Part shown: one piece after another, positions 36,803 through 48,200 of the stretch
Layout: each line of letters begins with the position of its first letter
Position numbering within the stretch: the stretch's first letter is position 1
Origin: an uncultured Bacteroides sp.
Lineage (GTDB): Bacteria > Bacteroidota > Bacteroidia > Bacteroidales > Bacteroidaceae
Direction of reading: 5' to 3'
Assembly (NCBI RefSeq): GCF_958445495.1
Contig: NZ_CAUCSQ010000019.1
Coordinates: 7,789-71,788 of the forward strand
Length of the DNA stretch: 64,000 nucleotides
The notes under the pieces: generated by a model
Told to the model about the DNA's origin: nothing
The model's database searches: none
Seen by the model: the letters and a program-made list of their open reading frames with translations, nothing else
Translations under genes and position numbers: made by a program

Positions 36803-39553
36803 TTAAAATTTAACAGACAATCCTCCCCAATAACAACGTGTGGAAGGATAGACCACACCTATCGCTTCGGGGTCTGCAAACTCTATATTATCAGCAGAAA
36901 ACAGGTTGGTTCCCTGAACGTACACAGTCATGCTCGTATTTTTCACCCATTTCTTGGGCAAGGTATAAGCGAGCCTCAAATTCCTCAACTTAAAATAAGA
37001 GGTGTCACGGTACCAAAGAGAGCTGCCTTGTGTATTATTCAAGCTTTTCTGGGTAGACAATACCGGCATGGTGGCAATATTCCTATTTTCGTAAGTCCAG
37101 GGGATTTCCCTGTCTAAATAGGTTCTTGTCATGGTTGCATTATCTACAAGCGGCTGATAAATAGGAGAATTCATTATATTGACGGTCGTTCCGGCCGCAC
37201 CCTGGAAATCAGCGTTTATCTCGAAGCCTTCATAGGCTAAGCGAATGGAAGCGCCGTAATACACAGGCGCCAGGCTTGTCCCGAACATGCTGACAATATC
37301 TTTGCTGTCGATAACATTGTCGCCATTCTGGTCTTTGTATTTCACATCACCGGGCTTGACATCGCTGAATGTCTGCCTGGGGCTATTGTTGATATCCAAC
37401 TGCGAATCGAAAAAACCGATTGCCTCAAGACCGTAAAACTGGCCGACCGCTTTCCCTGTACGATAAAGATAATCATATTCCTGATAACCTCTTTCGTCTT
37501 TTACGACTTCACTCTGCATATAAGAATAGTTCAATTTGATGCCATACTCAAATTTTCTTATCCGGTCGTTCCAGCTTAATGAGGCGTCGATACCTTTGTA
37601 TCTATTTACACCCAGATTCTTACTGCCGGTAGTTATACCGACAACATCCGAGTTCAGGGAATTCGTATTGAGCAGAATATCGCTTCTTTCTTCATGGTAG
37701 GCATCAATGGATGCTCCTAACCGATTGCCGAAAGCTGCGAAGTCTATGCCCATCGTAACTCGTTTGGAGCGTTCGGCAGTCAAGCCGACAACAGGCAATG
37801 CGCTTTCGAAAAGCCCGGAGGCCGCTCCGGCATTGTTGCCGAAATAATAACTGCCGTCGTAAACGAAACCGCTCAACGCAAGTTCATGGCTGAGATTGCC
37901 ATCCCAACCGGACAATCCGTAGGAGGCTCTGACTTTCAGCAGGTCTACCACCGGATTATCTTTCAAGAAGGATTCGTTCGACGCAATCCATGACAACGAA
38001 ACGGCGGGATAGGTATTGAAATGTTCTCCTTTAGGCAAATATCCGGAACCGGAGTAACTGACTACCGCATCGACCAGGTAACGGTTATCGTATGAATAAC
38101 CGGCAAGCAGAGAGGCGGACATTCGATTCACGGAGTTATTACGCCCTTGCGCCGAATAAGACCGTTGATTATAAAGCAGGTTACCGGTCACATGGTGTAA
38201 ACCGAAATTCCGTTCGTATGCAAGCTTTGCATTAAAGGTGATAGCCGTATAAATGCTCTCTCTTCCTTGGGAATAACTCAGCGTTTCCGAATTTTTCCCG
38301 TAATAGATAGGATTCGACACCAAGGTTCCGTCTCCTAGAAAACTCCCGTTGGGGTCTACATATCTGTATTCTTGGCTGGAAGCATCTGTCATGACGCCGT
38401 TATAGTCGAACGCTACGGCCAATTCTGCCGACAGCCCTTTCGTAACGGCGTCTAATTCCTGGGTAAGCGTGAGGTCTGCGAAAAACGTCCCGAATGTTTT
38501 CCTCGTCACTCCTTTACCTTTCAACAATGCGACAGGATTGGCAAACATCGAATTGCCTCCCCATGTTCCGTCTTCTGCCTGCACGGGGAAAGCTGCCGAA
38601 GGAGTTTTATACAGTGCATCGAATACGGTTGTGGCATCGGCTACTCCGTTGGCTTCCTGAAGCCGTGCCAACATATTCATTTTAAAATTCGTCGTCGGCG
38701 TTATTACGGCATCGATATTGGATCTGACATTCAACCTGATATCAGTCGGAGCAATGCTATAACGCGAATCTACATCTTTTCCATTCAAAAGGCTTTCGTC
38801 ATACGAATACATGGCAGCGGTATAGTACTTGAACTTGGAGGTTCCTCCCGATATGGCGACATTGAACTGGTGGTTGACAGCGGTGTTGTCGAACACTTCC
38901 CCCCACCAGTCCACATTCGGATACACATACGGGTAGTTTCCTGTTCTGAAAGCTTCGAGTTCCCGGTCCGAATATCTGGCAGCCAGACCGTCATTAGCCA
39001 AGGCCTGATTCAGCATTGTCCCGTATTCAAAAGAATTCAGAAACTGCGGATTCCTGAACTGGGTCGCTATACCGATTTGATAATTGGTGTTTACACGCAA
39101 CTTCGATTCAGCTCCTCGTTTGGTAGTGATGAGCACAACGCCGTTGGCTCCTTCCACACCGTATAGCGCAGCAGCCACAGCGTCATTCAACACACTTACA
39201 GACTCTACTTCATGGATGTTCAGCATCGATATATCCCGTTGGAAACCGTCGATTAAAACAAGCGGAGTGTACCCGTGCATTGACAGAGATGCATGGTTGT
39301 TGCAAGGAATACCGTTTCCTTGCGAAACGTTGAGTCCCGCTATTTTTCCGAATAAGGCCTTTCCTAATTCAACCTCAGGTGAATAGTCGAATTCAGGACT
39401 TTCTATCCTTTTACTTGACAATGCACTCTGGTTTGCCTTTTCAGTTATGTTATAACCTATGCTGATGTCTTTAACGGCTATCGAGTCCGCCTGTCGAGCC
39501 GCCGATGGTAAAGCACAAACCGTTATTATTGTGGCAAATAATATTTTTTTCAT
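36803..39553 (-). CDS. SusC/RagA-family TonB-dependent transporter lacking the N-terminal carboxypeptidase-regulatory-like extension (PUL2, second pair)
   Basis: 916 aa. The signal peptide is followed directly by a TonB-box-like strand (KDISIGYN) and the plug (VSVLNDAVAAALYGVEGANGVVLITTKRG). The barrel ends YWGGLSVKF. Confidence 0.9.
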   Translation of the reverse strand: MKKILFATIITVCALPSAARQADSIAVKDISIGYNITEKANQSALSSKRIESPEFDYSPEVELGKALFGKIAGLNVSQGNGIPCNNHASLSMHGYTPLVLIDGFQRDISMLNIHEVESVSVLNDAVAAALYGVEGANGVVLITTKRGAESKLRVNTNYQIGIATQFRNPQFLNSFEYGTMLNQALANDGLAARYSDRELEAFRTGNYPYVYPNVDWWGEVFDNTAVNHQFNVAISGGTSKFKYYTAAMYSYDESLLNGKDVDSRYSIAPTDIRLNVRSNIDAVITPTTNFKMNMLARLQEANGVADATTVFDALYKTPSAAFPVQAEDGTWGGNSMFANPVALLKGKGVTRKTFGTFFADLTLTQELDAVTKGLSAELAVAFDYNGVMTDASSQEYRYVDPNGSFLGDGTLVSNPIYYGKNSETLSYSQGRESIYTAITFNAKLAYERNFGLHHVTGNLLYNQRSYSAQGRNNSVNRMSASLLAGYSYDNRYLVDAVVSYSGSGYLPKGEHFNTYPAVSLSWIASNESFLKDNPVVDLLKVRASYGLSGWDGNLSHELALSGFVYDGSYYFGNNAGAASGLFESALPVVGLTAERSKRVTMGIDFAAFGNRLGASIDAYHEERSDILLNTNSLNSDVVGITTGSKNLGVNRYKGIDASLSWNDRIRKFEYGIKLNYSYMQSEVVKDERGYQEYDYLYRTGKAVGQFYGLEAIGFFDSQLDINNSPRQTFSDVKPGDVKYKDQNGDNVIDSKDIVSMFGTSLAPVYYGASIRLAYEGFEINADFQGAAGTTVNIMNSPIYQPLVDNATMTRTYLDREIPWTYENRNIATMPVLSTQKSLNNTQGSSLWYRDTSYFKLRNLRLAYTLPKKWVKNTSMTVYVQGTNLFSADNIEFADPEAIGVVYPSTRCYWGGLSVKF

Positions 39554-39577
39554 AATTCTCCTTTTTTATCCCCGATA

Positions 39578-41365
39578 TTACCATCCGGGATTTTGGGTCA
39601 TTCCATAATTTTTATTTAACTCCGTCACAGGTATGGGGGATAGATACCATTTAGTATCCCAATTGTCGCACCAGCTTCTTTTACTCAATTCTATCTTTTT
39701 ATAAGTAAAAGAGGTAGGAGCTGTCGCTTTATCGCCCCGTGAGGACAAACCATACAGTGTTTTGGTGAAATCCGCTTTCCGCCCGTGGCGGACCAAATCA
39801 TACCATCTCACCTCTTCCATACCAAGTTCCAACGCTCTTTCCCGAAGGACGGCTTCTTTGAACTCATCTTTAGACATCGTTCTATTTATCGGCGACAAGC
39901 CCGCCCTATCACGTATTTCGTCTATGATATCATACGCCTGGGCAGTCGGTCCATCGTTCACTTCATTCAACGCTTCGGCATAACTCAACATGACTTCAGA
40001 CAGGCGAAGTATCGGCCACTGCACCGGACGATTGGCACGCTGAGAGGAATTTTGCAAAACAAACTTCATAAACAAGAAACCGCTTCCGGTCACATAACTC
40101 GGATGGTTGGTGTAAATAGGGGCTTGTGTACCGTCATAATAGGTATCTCCGGGCACTGCAACCGTTTCATACAAACGCGGGTCGCGTGCCTCCACCTTTA
40201 CCCCTCCTTCTTCTTTCCAGAAAGGATCTCTATCCGAACAGTTTTCCCAATCAAAATCCGAAGGGAAATCTTCGCCGTCGCTCCAAGGGAACATGTCTAC
40301 ATAATTCAGGGTCGGGGCGGAATAAAACCGCTGTGACAAATACAGTGAATGTATATCTTCGCCATACCCCATACGGGAAGAGACCAGGACTTCGGTTCCT
40401 CCTCTGTCATAATAAGCAGACCGGTAGGCTTCTCTTTTATCCTGCATGGAGTTTTTATCTACAGGCTGGGTAAGCCCGTACTCCCCGTTGGCCTTCCATT
40501 CGGTGTAAAACGCTTCTCCGGCAGCTTTTGCGGCTTCCCAACGCGCCTTTTCGTAATTTCCATAGCAGGTATATGTATCGGCTGCGGGATGATACGGCTG
40601 GTCGGAATTAAATGTCGGACTGGCGGCAAACAACAACAGGCGTAATTTCAAGCCTATCGCTCCCGCTTTGTTCATGCGTCCGTCATTGGATTCATCCCAT
40701 TTCCAGGGAAGATGGGGAATGGCCTCATCCAGCAACGCCACGATTTTGTTCACGCTTTCTTCAAAAGTAAGCCGGGGAAACTGCATGGTTTCGCTTATAT
40801 CGATTTCATGGTCAATCCAGCATACTCCGCCCACATTGCGCAACATATCGATGTAACTGGCAGCTATCACGGTTTTCGCTTCGGCCGCACGTTCGTTTTT
40901 CTCGTCTTCCGTCATGTCCGGGACTTCGTTTATATGGGTTATATAAGTCCATCCGTAACGTATGGCAGTCCAATCCACTTCGTCCCCCCACCGATAGGCT
41001 TCGCTTCCTTGCACTGCACTGCCCACATTCGCACTCAGCGCTCCGTTATAATATAGATTCCTGGCACCATTACTGTTGCTTTCGACGAATGATTGCGACA
41101 AATCGGTTATGTTTTCCAAGACGGTATTGCCCAACTTGTTTCTGGATGTTCCTTGGTTGTTCAGGAAAAGTCCGTAAGGAAGGCAACTGTAGACCTTTGC
41201 CAAAACGGTTTCCGAAGTTGTTCGCGACGAGAACATATCTTTTATGTCGGCGCCTTGTTTCTCCGGCTGCTGGTCTAACAAAGCATTTCCGAATTTCAAA
41301 TCGGAACAACCCGTAATGGCCGAAACAGCTAGGGAAAGGCTTATTATTCGATATAATTTCTTCAT
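39578..41365 (-). CDS. SusD/RagB-family lipoprotein (PUL2, first pair)
   Basis: 595 aa with lipoprotein signal (AITGCSDL). SusD-type features: RLSEVMLSYAEALNE and LELGMEEVRWYDLVRHG. Confidence 0.9.
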   Translation of the reverse strand: MKKLYRIISLSLAVSAITGCSDLKFGNALLDQQPEKQGADIKDMFSSRTTSETVLAKVYSCLPYGLFLNNQGTSRNKLGNTVLENITDLSQSFVESNSNGARNLYYNGALSANVGSAVQGSEAYRWGDEVDWTAIRYGWTYITHINEVPDMTEDEKNERAAEAKTVIAASYIDMLRNVGGVCWIDHEIDISETMQFPRLTFEESVNKIVALLDEAIPHLPWKWDESNDGRMNKAGAIGLKLRLLLFAASPTFNSDQPYHPAADTYTCYGNYEKARWEAAKAAGEAFYTEWKANGEYGLTQPVDKNSMQDKREAYRSAYYDRGGTEVLVSSRMGYGEDIHSLYLSQRFYSAPTLNYVDMFPWSDGEDFPSDFDWENCSDRDPFWKEEGGVKVEARDPRLYETVAVPGDTYYDGTQAPIYTNHPSYVTGSGFLFMKFVLQNSSQRANRPVQWPILRLSEVMLSYAEALNEVNDGPTAQAYDIIDEIRDRAGLSPINRTMSKDEFKEAVLRERALELGMEEVRWYDLVRHGRKADFTKTLYGLSSRGDKATAPTSFTYKKIELSKRSWCDNWDTKWYLSPIPVTELNKNYGMTQNPGW

Positions 41366-41375
41366 AATCTATTAT

Positions 41376-44300
41376 TTAGAAGTTGACAGTTAATCCTAAA
41401 TTATATAATCTCACCATGGGATACACTCCTCCCCCGGAAGTAATCGTCTCAGGATCGAGAATATCCAGCGGCGAGAATGTAAGTAAGTTGTAACCGCTCA
41501 GAGTGAAAACAAGCGAATTGATTCCCAGCTTATTCCGCAGCTTCGAGTGTCTCAGGGTGTAGGACATGGACACGCTCTTGAGACGAAGATAGGAGGCATC
41601 CCGCAACCACAACGTAGAGTTTTCACTGTTCCAGCTCTGTGATGCCGTAGCAGGACGAGGCAACGTCCCCGACTGATTATAAGGAGTCCAGCAATCGTCT
41701 ACAAAATACTGTAGCAATCCGCGTCTTCCCGAATCGGTAAAAGGAATCCGATAGGCTTTGTCCAGCATTTTATCCACATGGGTAGCTCCTAACCATTGCA
41801 TTGAGAACGCAAAATTCTTATACTCAAAACCGGCATTCAGGTCGAACATATACTCTGGCCGCGTTGAATATCCGGTTGTTTCCCGGTCACTGGAATCGAC
41901 GATTCCATCTTTGTTCAGGTCTGCATACATCGCATCGCCCGGCGCTACGGTTACATAGGGCTGGGGGAATTCCGGCTTTAATTTGAGATTCCCGCTCCCG
42001 TCATCTATAAAGTCGGAGTATTGATACAACCGCTCAAAACGGTATAAGCCAGTCTGCCTTCCCGTAGAACCGCCGGTCTGGTCCATATAACTATATTCAT
42101 TGGGCACTTCATCCATATAGACGATTTTGTTTTTCGAATAAGAAATATTTCCCTTCACATGATAACTCCAGTCATCTATCTGGTCCCGCCATCCCAATGA
42201 TAATTCATAACCGTGATTATCCACTTTACCGAGATTCATGTTTTGTAAAGTCATAGCAATAATCGACGGTGTGGAGTTCGGGGTAATAAGGATATCTTTA
42301 CGGTGTTCCATGAAATAATCTGCCGTGACGGAAAGCCTTCCGTTCAGAAATCTCATATCGATACCATAATTCTGCTTGTCGGCCGTTTCCCACGTGATGT
42401 CATCATTGCCCAAACTTCCCATCTGATAGATAGGCGTTCCGTTGGTATTATATACTCCAAAACTGTAAGTGCCATTCTGAGACCATACCGCAGGCATATA
42501 CATGAAGCGTGCGGAAGTACCGACGTCACTACCCACACGTCCCCAAGAAACACGCAACTTTAAATAATCGAATACTTTCTGACGTTCCATGAACTTTTCC
42601 GCACTTATCACCCAACCGGCAGAAAACGACGGGAATAAACCGAACCTCGTTTTTCCGGGAGCGAAGTTCTCGGAACCGTTATATCCCATATTTACATCAA
42701 GCAGATATTTACTAAGGTAATCGTAAGTGACACGTCCCACTAATCCGACATATCCGCGCGGTATATATACATAGTCGGCCGATTTTCCCGTAGCTGTCAT
42801 CGGATAATAGTCCCTGGATTGATTGTACAGTAACAATCCGGAGAGATTATGGTCACCGAATTTACGGTCATAATTGATTTTGGCTTCTATGTACCAGTTA
42901 CGGTCGGCACTGTTATATTCACTGTAAGACAGGGGGATATTACTTCCTAAAGGCGTATATACGATTGTTTTGTCATAGGAAGGATCGGTGGGAAGGATGG
43001 AACTGTCTTCCAGGAATGTCTTATAACTTGCCTGCTGGTAGGCGACACCTCCCCCTGTCCTATTTTTAGTTAAATTGAAACGGTTGTCGTATGCTCCTTT
43101 TATACCTATTGAAAGTCCTTTTGTTATAAAATCTAATTTCTGAATCAACTCCAAGTCCATGTTCAGTTTCATCTTGGTTTCCTGTTTATATCCATAACCT
43201 GCAAACGGATAGAAACCGTCACGCAACGGGTCTCCTTGTAATGCTGCGGGCAACATGCTTCGATTGACAATTGTCCTGACACCATTCACAAGCCCCGGAC
43301 TGGCAAATGGTTGCGACCAGGTTTGGGCATATGTCCAGGGCGATTCGCCGTTCACGCTGTTAGGCTCTTGTGTCTTCCCGACATTACCGCCGATATTGAT
43401 TTTTATTGTCGTTGTTTTAGTGGGAGTAAAATCTAAGTTGGCACGATAATTATATCTTTCAAACCGATAGTTGTTATCGTAAGGAGTGTACAACCCCTGT
43501 TTGATGATACCGTTCTGATAGAGGTATCCAATCGACACGAAATATTTGACTAAATCGGTTCCGCCGGTGATATTCACGTTATTCTTGCTTTGCAGCATAA
43601 AATCGTTGAACATATAGTCTCCCCAATCCGTACTCGGATAGAGAATCGGTTCGGAACCGGTACGGTATGCCTCCACCTGTTCTTTCGTAAAATACATTGT
43701 GGGATCTGTTACCCCGTCAAGCTGTTGCCTCAAGTTGAAAAACCTGGCATAGTCATAACTATTGGTCTGCTGGACTAAGGCAATAGGTTGCTGCAAACTC
43801 AACGAACTGCTTACCGATATGGAGGGCTTTTCCGTAACGCCTCGTTTTGTCGTTACAAGAATAACTCCGTTGGCACCCCTCACACCGAACACCGCAGTGG
43901 AAGAGGCATCCTTCAATACGGAAACAGACTCGATTTCGTTAGGGTCAAGAGAGTTGAAATCACGCTCGATACCATCTACCAGAATCAATGGTTTGGAGGC
44001 AGCATCCGTCAACGAACCTCCACCGCGCACATAGATGGAAGCTTCGTCCCGTCCGGGTTGTCCGGTTGTCTGTACGCTTGTCACACCCGGCATGCTTCCC
44101 GCCAACAGGTTCGTGACACTTGCCACAGGAATTTTTGTCAACTCTTTGCTCGACATGGTAGACAATGCACCTGTCACGGTCGCTTTGTCTTTCGTTCCAT
44201 AAGCAACTACTACAACTTCGTCCAAGGCCTGCACATCTTGCTTGAGTATTATTTTCAAGAATGTCTGGTTGTTGATTGAGACTTTCCGGGTTGAATATCC

Positions 44301-44627
44301 GACATAGGAAACCTCCAACACGGACTTAGCCGGCGCCTCTATCTGAAACTTTCCGTCGATATCCGAAATCACTCCTTGCGAGGTTCCTACGACTTTAATA
44401 GTCGCCCCGATGATTACCTCCCCGTTCTCATCTTGGACAACACCGGTTATTTTCTTCTGGGTCTGGTCGTATCCATCCTTTCCGGCCGCAGTCTCAGAGA
44501 AACGATTGGCCGTGTTGGACGGAAGGTAACTACTTTTACTGTGTTTAGAAGCCTGCATAGAAATAGGAACCGTAGTCATAGTCACTATCCAAAGGGCTAA
44601 AATGTGAATTTTCATATAACTTCTCAT
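41376..44627 (-). CDS. SusC/RagA-family TonB-dependent transporter with N-terminal extension (PUL2, first pair)
   Basis: 1083 aa. Carboxypeptidase-regulatory-like domain (ITGVVQDENGEVIIGATIKVVGT), TonB box (DEVVVVAYGT) and plug (VSVLKDASSTAVFGVRGANGVILVTTKRG). The barrel ends YNLGLTVNF. An alternative start lies at 44615. Confidence 0.95.
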   Translation of the reverse strand: MRSYMKIHILALWIVTMTTVPISMQASKHSKSSYLPSNTANRFSETAAGKDGYDQTQKKITGVVQDENGEVIIGATIKVVGTSQGVISDIDGKFQIEAPAKSVLEVSYVGYSTRKVSINNQTFLKIILKQDVQALDEVVVVAYGTKDKATVTGALSTMSSKELTKIPVASVTNLLAGSMPGVTSVQTTGQPGRDEASIYVRGGGSLTDAASKPLILVDGIERDFNSLDPNEIESVSVLKDASSTAVFGVRGANGVILVTTKRGVTEKPSISVSSSLSLQQPIALVQQTNSYDYARFFNLRQQLDGVTDPTMYFTKEQVEAYRTGSEPILYPSTDWGDYMFNDFMLQSKNNVNITGGTDLVKYFVSIGYLYQNGIIKQGLYTPYDNNYRFERYNYRANLDFTPTKTTTIKINIGGNVGKTQEPNSVNGESPWTYAQTWSQPFASPGLVNGVRTIVNRSMLPAALQGDPLRDGFYPFAGYGYKQETKMKLNMDLELIQKLDFITKGLSIGIKGAYDNRFNLTKNRTGGGVAYQQASYKTFLEDSSILPTDPSYDKTIVYTPLGSNIPLSYSEYNSADRNWYIEAKINYDRKFGDHNLSGLLLYNQSRDYYPMTATGKSADYVYIPRGYVGLVGRVTYDYLSKYLLDVNMGYNGSENFAPGKTRFGLFPSFSAGWVISAEKFMERQKVFDYLKLRVSWGRVGSDVGTSARFMYMPAVWSQNGTYSFGVYNTNGTPIYQMGSLGNDDITWETADKQNYGIDMRFLNGRLSVTADYFMEHRKDILITPNSTPSIIAMTLQNMNLGKVDNHGYELSLGWRDQIDDWSYHVKGNISYSKNKIVYMDEVPNEYSYMDQTGGSTGRQTGLYRFERLYQYSDFIDDGSGNLKLKPEFPQPYVTVAPGDAMYADLNKDGIVDSSDRETTGYSTRPEYMFDLNAGFEYKNFAFSMQWLGATHVDKMLDKAYRIPFTDSGRRGLLQYFVDDCWTPYNQSGTLPRPATASQSWNSENSTLWLRDASYLRLKSVSMSYTLRHSKLRNKLGINSLVFTLSGYNLLTFSPLDILDPETITSGGGVYPMVRLYNLGLTVNF

Positions 44628-44656
44628 TATAAATATGTTTTCTAAATACGGGAAAC

Positions 44657-44674
44657 ATCCAATCTGGATTGGAT
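44657..44674. promoter_or_regulatory. Perfect 8-2-8 palindrome in the susC leader/promoter region
   Basis: ATCCAATC tg GATTGGAT, 30-47 nt upstream of the SusC start codon (44627). The 2-nt spacer argues for a protein site rather than an RNA hairpin. Confidence 0.3.
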
Positions 44675-45192
44675 TGAAAGGATTATGATGTATTGGCGGA
44701 ACATGCCGATTGTATCGGACTATTTATACTTTCCGTAATATGACAAAAGGAAAAGACAACGATTTTTCCCGTGTGCAGTGCCGGGGGGTAATGATTTAAA
44801 GTAAACATTTATCAGGTTTAAATTAGTGTTTTTATGATAAGGCCTTTTCATAATTCAGAGCCAAAGATGAGGATATTTCATTTTTTTTGTTTCCAGTAAT
44901 ATCTATTTTATGTCCATTTTTCACTAAAAGGGAATTTTTAAACATTTGATAATCACATTTGGAGGCTGTTGTCCGTTTACCAATGTATTTTCATGTTGAA
45001 TCCAACGGAGTCTTGCTATGTCTTTCCCGCTTATCCAAGTGTATTGCAGGGGAAGGAAACCCGTCCGCCATTGTCCGGCTCTGTTCGGGGGAATTTTTCC
45101 CAGGGATGGGAAAAGGCCTGAAAGGAGACAAACGGTGTCTTTCGGTCGGGATATTTAACGGTTTTTTTGAATCGACGTTAATTTTTTTATTT

Positions 45193-45200
45193 TATATTTG
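45193..45200 (+). promoter_or_regulatory. -7 promoter box TATATTTG for the HTCS gene
   Basis: Matches TAnnTTTG and ends 4 nt before ATG 45205 and 25 nt before ATG 45226. If it is functional, 45226 is the more likely start codon. Confidence 0.4.
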
Positions 45201-45204
45201 TGCC

Positions 45205-48200
45205 ATGTTAAAACATCTGACCATTATGAGGAATAAATCACCGTATCGCCATATATGCCTCCTTTTCATTTGTTTCTCCGCCCTCATTTCCCAGGTATAT
45301 GCCAAAGCCGGTTTCAGTTATGCGAAAATCGGCATGCATCAGGGAATGCCTTCCTATATAAATTATGTTTATGAAGATAGCGGCGGGCTGATTTGGTTAG
45401 CGACGGCAAACGGGTTGGCGCGTTATGACGGAAAGGAATTGAAACCTTATCCGACGTTCGTACCGGACAGCATTTTACATAATAAACAAATCATACAGGT
45501 CATCGAGGACGAGAACAAGCAATTGTGGATACTTACCTACAACGGGATTGCCCGGTATGACAAAGCATGCGACTGCCTGACCCCGTATATGCTTGAAGGA
45601 AAGACTATTCTGGCCGGAGCTGTCTGTAAGACGGAAGACGGACTGATTTTCGGAGGGAGAGGCAAGTTATACCGTTATTTCTATCGCTCCGACGAGATGG
45701 AGGAAATACGGGTTTCACCAGCTACAAACGATTTCTTTATCGAACGGATGCAATTCTGGGACAGGAACACGTTGATATGTTCCGACAGGAAAAACAATAA
45801 ATTATTGTTGTATGACATCAATGTGAAAAACCTGCAGCCTGTTCCTTTCTCAGAAACAAATATTTATGCGGATTTGTGTGTAGACGGCAACGGTCATCTT
45901 TGGCTGACGGATTATAACAACGGCATAAAGAAAATATCGAGAACCGGAGAGGTGCTCGCCCATTACACCACACGCAATTCAAAATTGAGCAGCAATCTGG
46001 TCTTATGCATAACTTTGATTGACGGGAAAATATGGGCCGGGACAGACGGCGGGGGAGTCAATATCATAGACCCCGTAAACGGGCAGGTCGATGTCCTTGA
46101 ACATGAGTCGGGAAATGTCCATTCTCTCCCGGTTAATACCATTTTGCATATACATCAAAGCAAAAACAATAATATATGGCTGGGGACTGCCCGGGGCGGT
46201 TTGGTGAATGTCCGCAAGACTTACATGAAAACGTTTTCAAGCGTACCTCTACGTAACGCGAAAGGCCTGAGCGAGAATACGGTATTGTCTCTCTTTCAGG
46301 AACCGGGCAGTGAATTTATTTGGATAGGCACGGACGGCGGAGGCATCAACCGGCTCGATACCGGCAAAAACGAGTTCAAACATTATCCGGGTACATGGGG
46401 AGACAAGATAGTCTCCATCTGCGGCTATTCTACGGACGAACTGCTGATTTCGATTTATTCGGAAGGATTTTTCCTTTTCAACAAGAAAACCGGGAAAAGA
46501 AGACCTTTTTTACCTCTTCGGTTCAAATCGGACAATTACATAAAATACAGCCGGAATTCGTCCAATGTATATAACGAGACCGCAAATACGATTCTGTTGC
46601 TGACTAATCCTGTCATTCGCTATTATCAGGCGGACGGACGGATGGAAGAGGTGGAGAATAATTTACCTGTCATTCCGCAAAGAATGATTTGCGCAATAGG
46701 CAGTGACGAACGTTTTTCCTATTTTCACGATACGCAGACTATTTATAAGCTGGAAAAGAAAGGGAAGGACTTATATCCGGTATTCCATTCCGATACGGCT
46801 TATTTCATCAACGCTGTCGCTTGGGACAGGAAAGGGACATATTGGATTGCGAGCAACAGGGGACTGTATGTCTATCAGGAAGGAGGGAAACCGACTCGTC
46901 TCGGCGACTCCCTGTTTCAGGAAACCAAGTCTGTGTTGTGCGATAATAAAGGAAATGTCTGGATAGGGGCAGGGCAGAATCTTTTCTCTTATCATCCGCG
47001 AGAACAAAAATTCAGGCTTTACGGGGAATCGGACGGTCTTTCCAAGAATGAATATCTGTCTAAACCTGTTTTGCTGGCTAACGACCAGAATATCTATATG
47101 GGAGGTGTCAACGGATTGCTTTGCATAGATGCCGATATCAAGGATTTGCAGCAGACTGAAGATAAGGACTTGCCTGTCCTTCTGATGGATTTCTTTGTGG
47201 GCGAAGAAAACAGGATGTATGAATTGAAAAACGGGAAAATCGTTCTGCCTTGGGACAGCCGCAACATCAAACTGCGTTTCCTGGTCTCAGGCGACGATAT
47301 CCTGCGCTCCCGTATGTTTCGTTACAGTCTGGACGAGAAATATGCAAACACCTTGACAAGTTATGACACCGAACTGAACATATCCTCGCTCGTGTCGGGT
47401 TCTTATCCGGTTTGCGTCAGCTATACGAAAAAAGACGGGAGGTGGTCTGCCCGCCAACAGGTACTGACATTGGTCGTCTTGCCTCCCTGGTACAAATCCT
47501 GGTGGTTTATCGCCATCATGGGAATACTGTTTTCAGCGATGTTGTCCGCCGCTGTATTCACAATTCTCCGCAGGAAGTCCAACCGAGTCAAATGGATGAT
47601 TAAGGAACATGAACGGCAGATATATGAAGAGAAGGTACGTTTCCTGATTAATATCAGCCACGAGCTTCGCACGCCTCTGACTCTGATATATGCTCCTTTG
47701 AAAAAGATGGTTGATTCCATTCAGCCGGGTGACAGTCATTATAAACAATTGCTGATGGTTTTCAAACAGTCGCAGCGAATGAAAGATTTGATTAACATGG
47801 TGCTTGATGCCAGAAAGATGGAAGTGGGGATGGCAAGGCTGAACATGGGCAGTTATCATCTGAACCGGTGGATAAGGGAAACTTGCGTCGATTTCATTGA
47901 TGATGAGGACAATAATACCGTCATTTTCGACTATACACTGGACGAACGGATAGGGAATGTGACTTTCGACAAGGAAAAATGTGTTGTCATTCTTTCGAAT
48001 CTACTGGTTAACGCTATCAAGCACAGCCCCGAACGAAGTGTTGTCACCATCCGCACCGAACTGTCCGATAATCGGCAAAACGTAAGGATATCCGTTTCCG
48101 ACCAAGGACCGGGACTGGAAAACGTAGATACGGACAGGCTTTTCACACGTTTCTATCAAGGGGACAACGAACAAGGCGGAAGCGGCATCGGCTTGTCATA

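Noticed and set aside
44959-45204. N-terminal extension of the HTCS ORF as listed in the track (start 44959).
   Set aside because: It starts at TTG and the 82 extra residues resemble no HTCS N-terminus. A TAnnTTTG -7 box (45193-45200) lies inside it. The signal or TM segment begins right after ATG 45205/45226.
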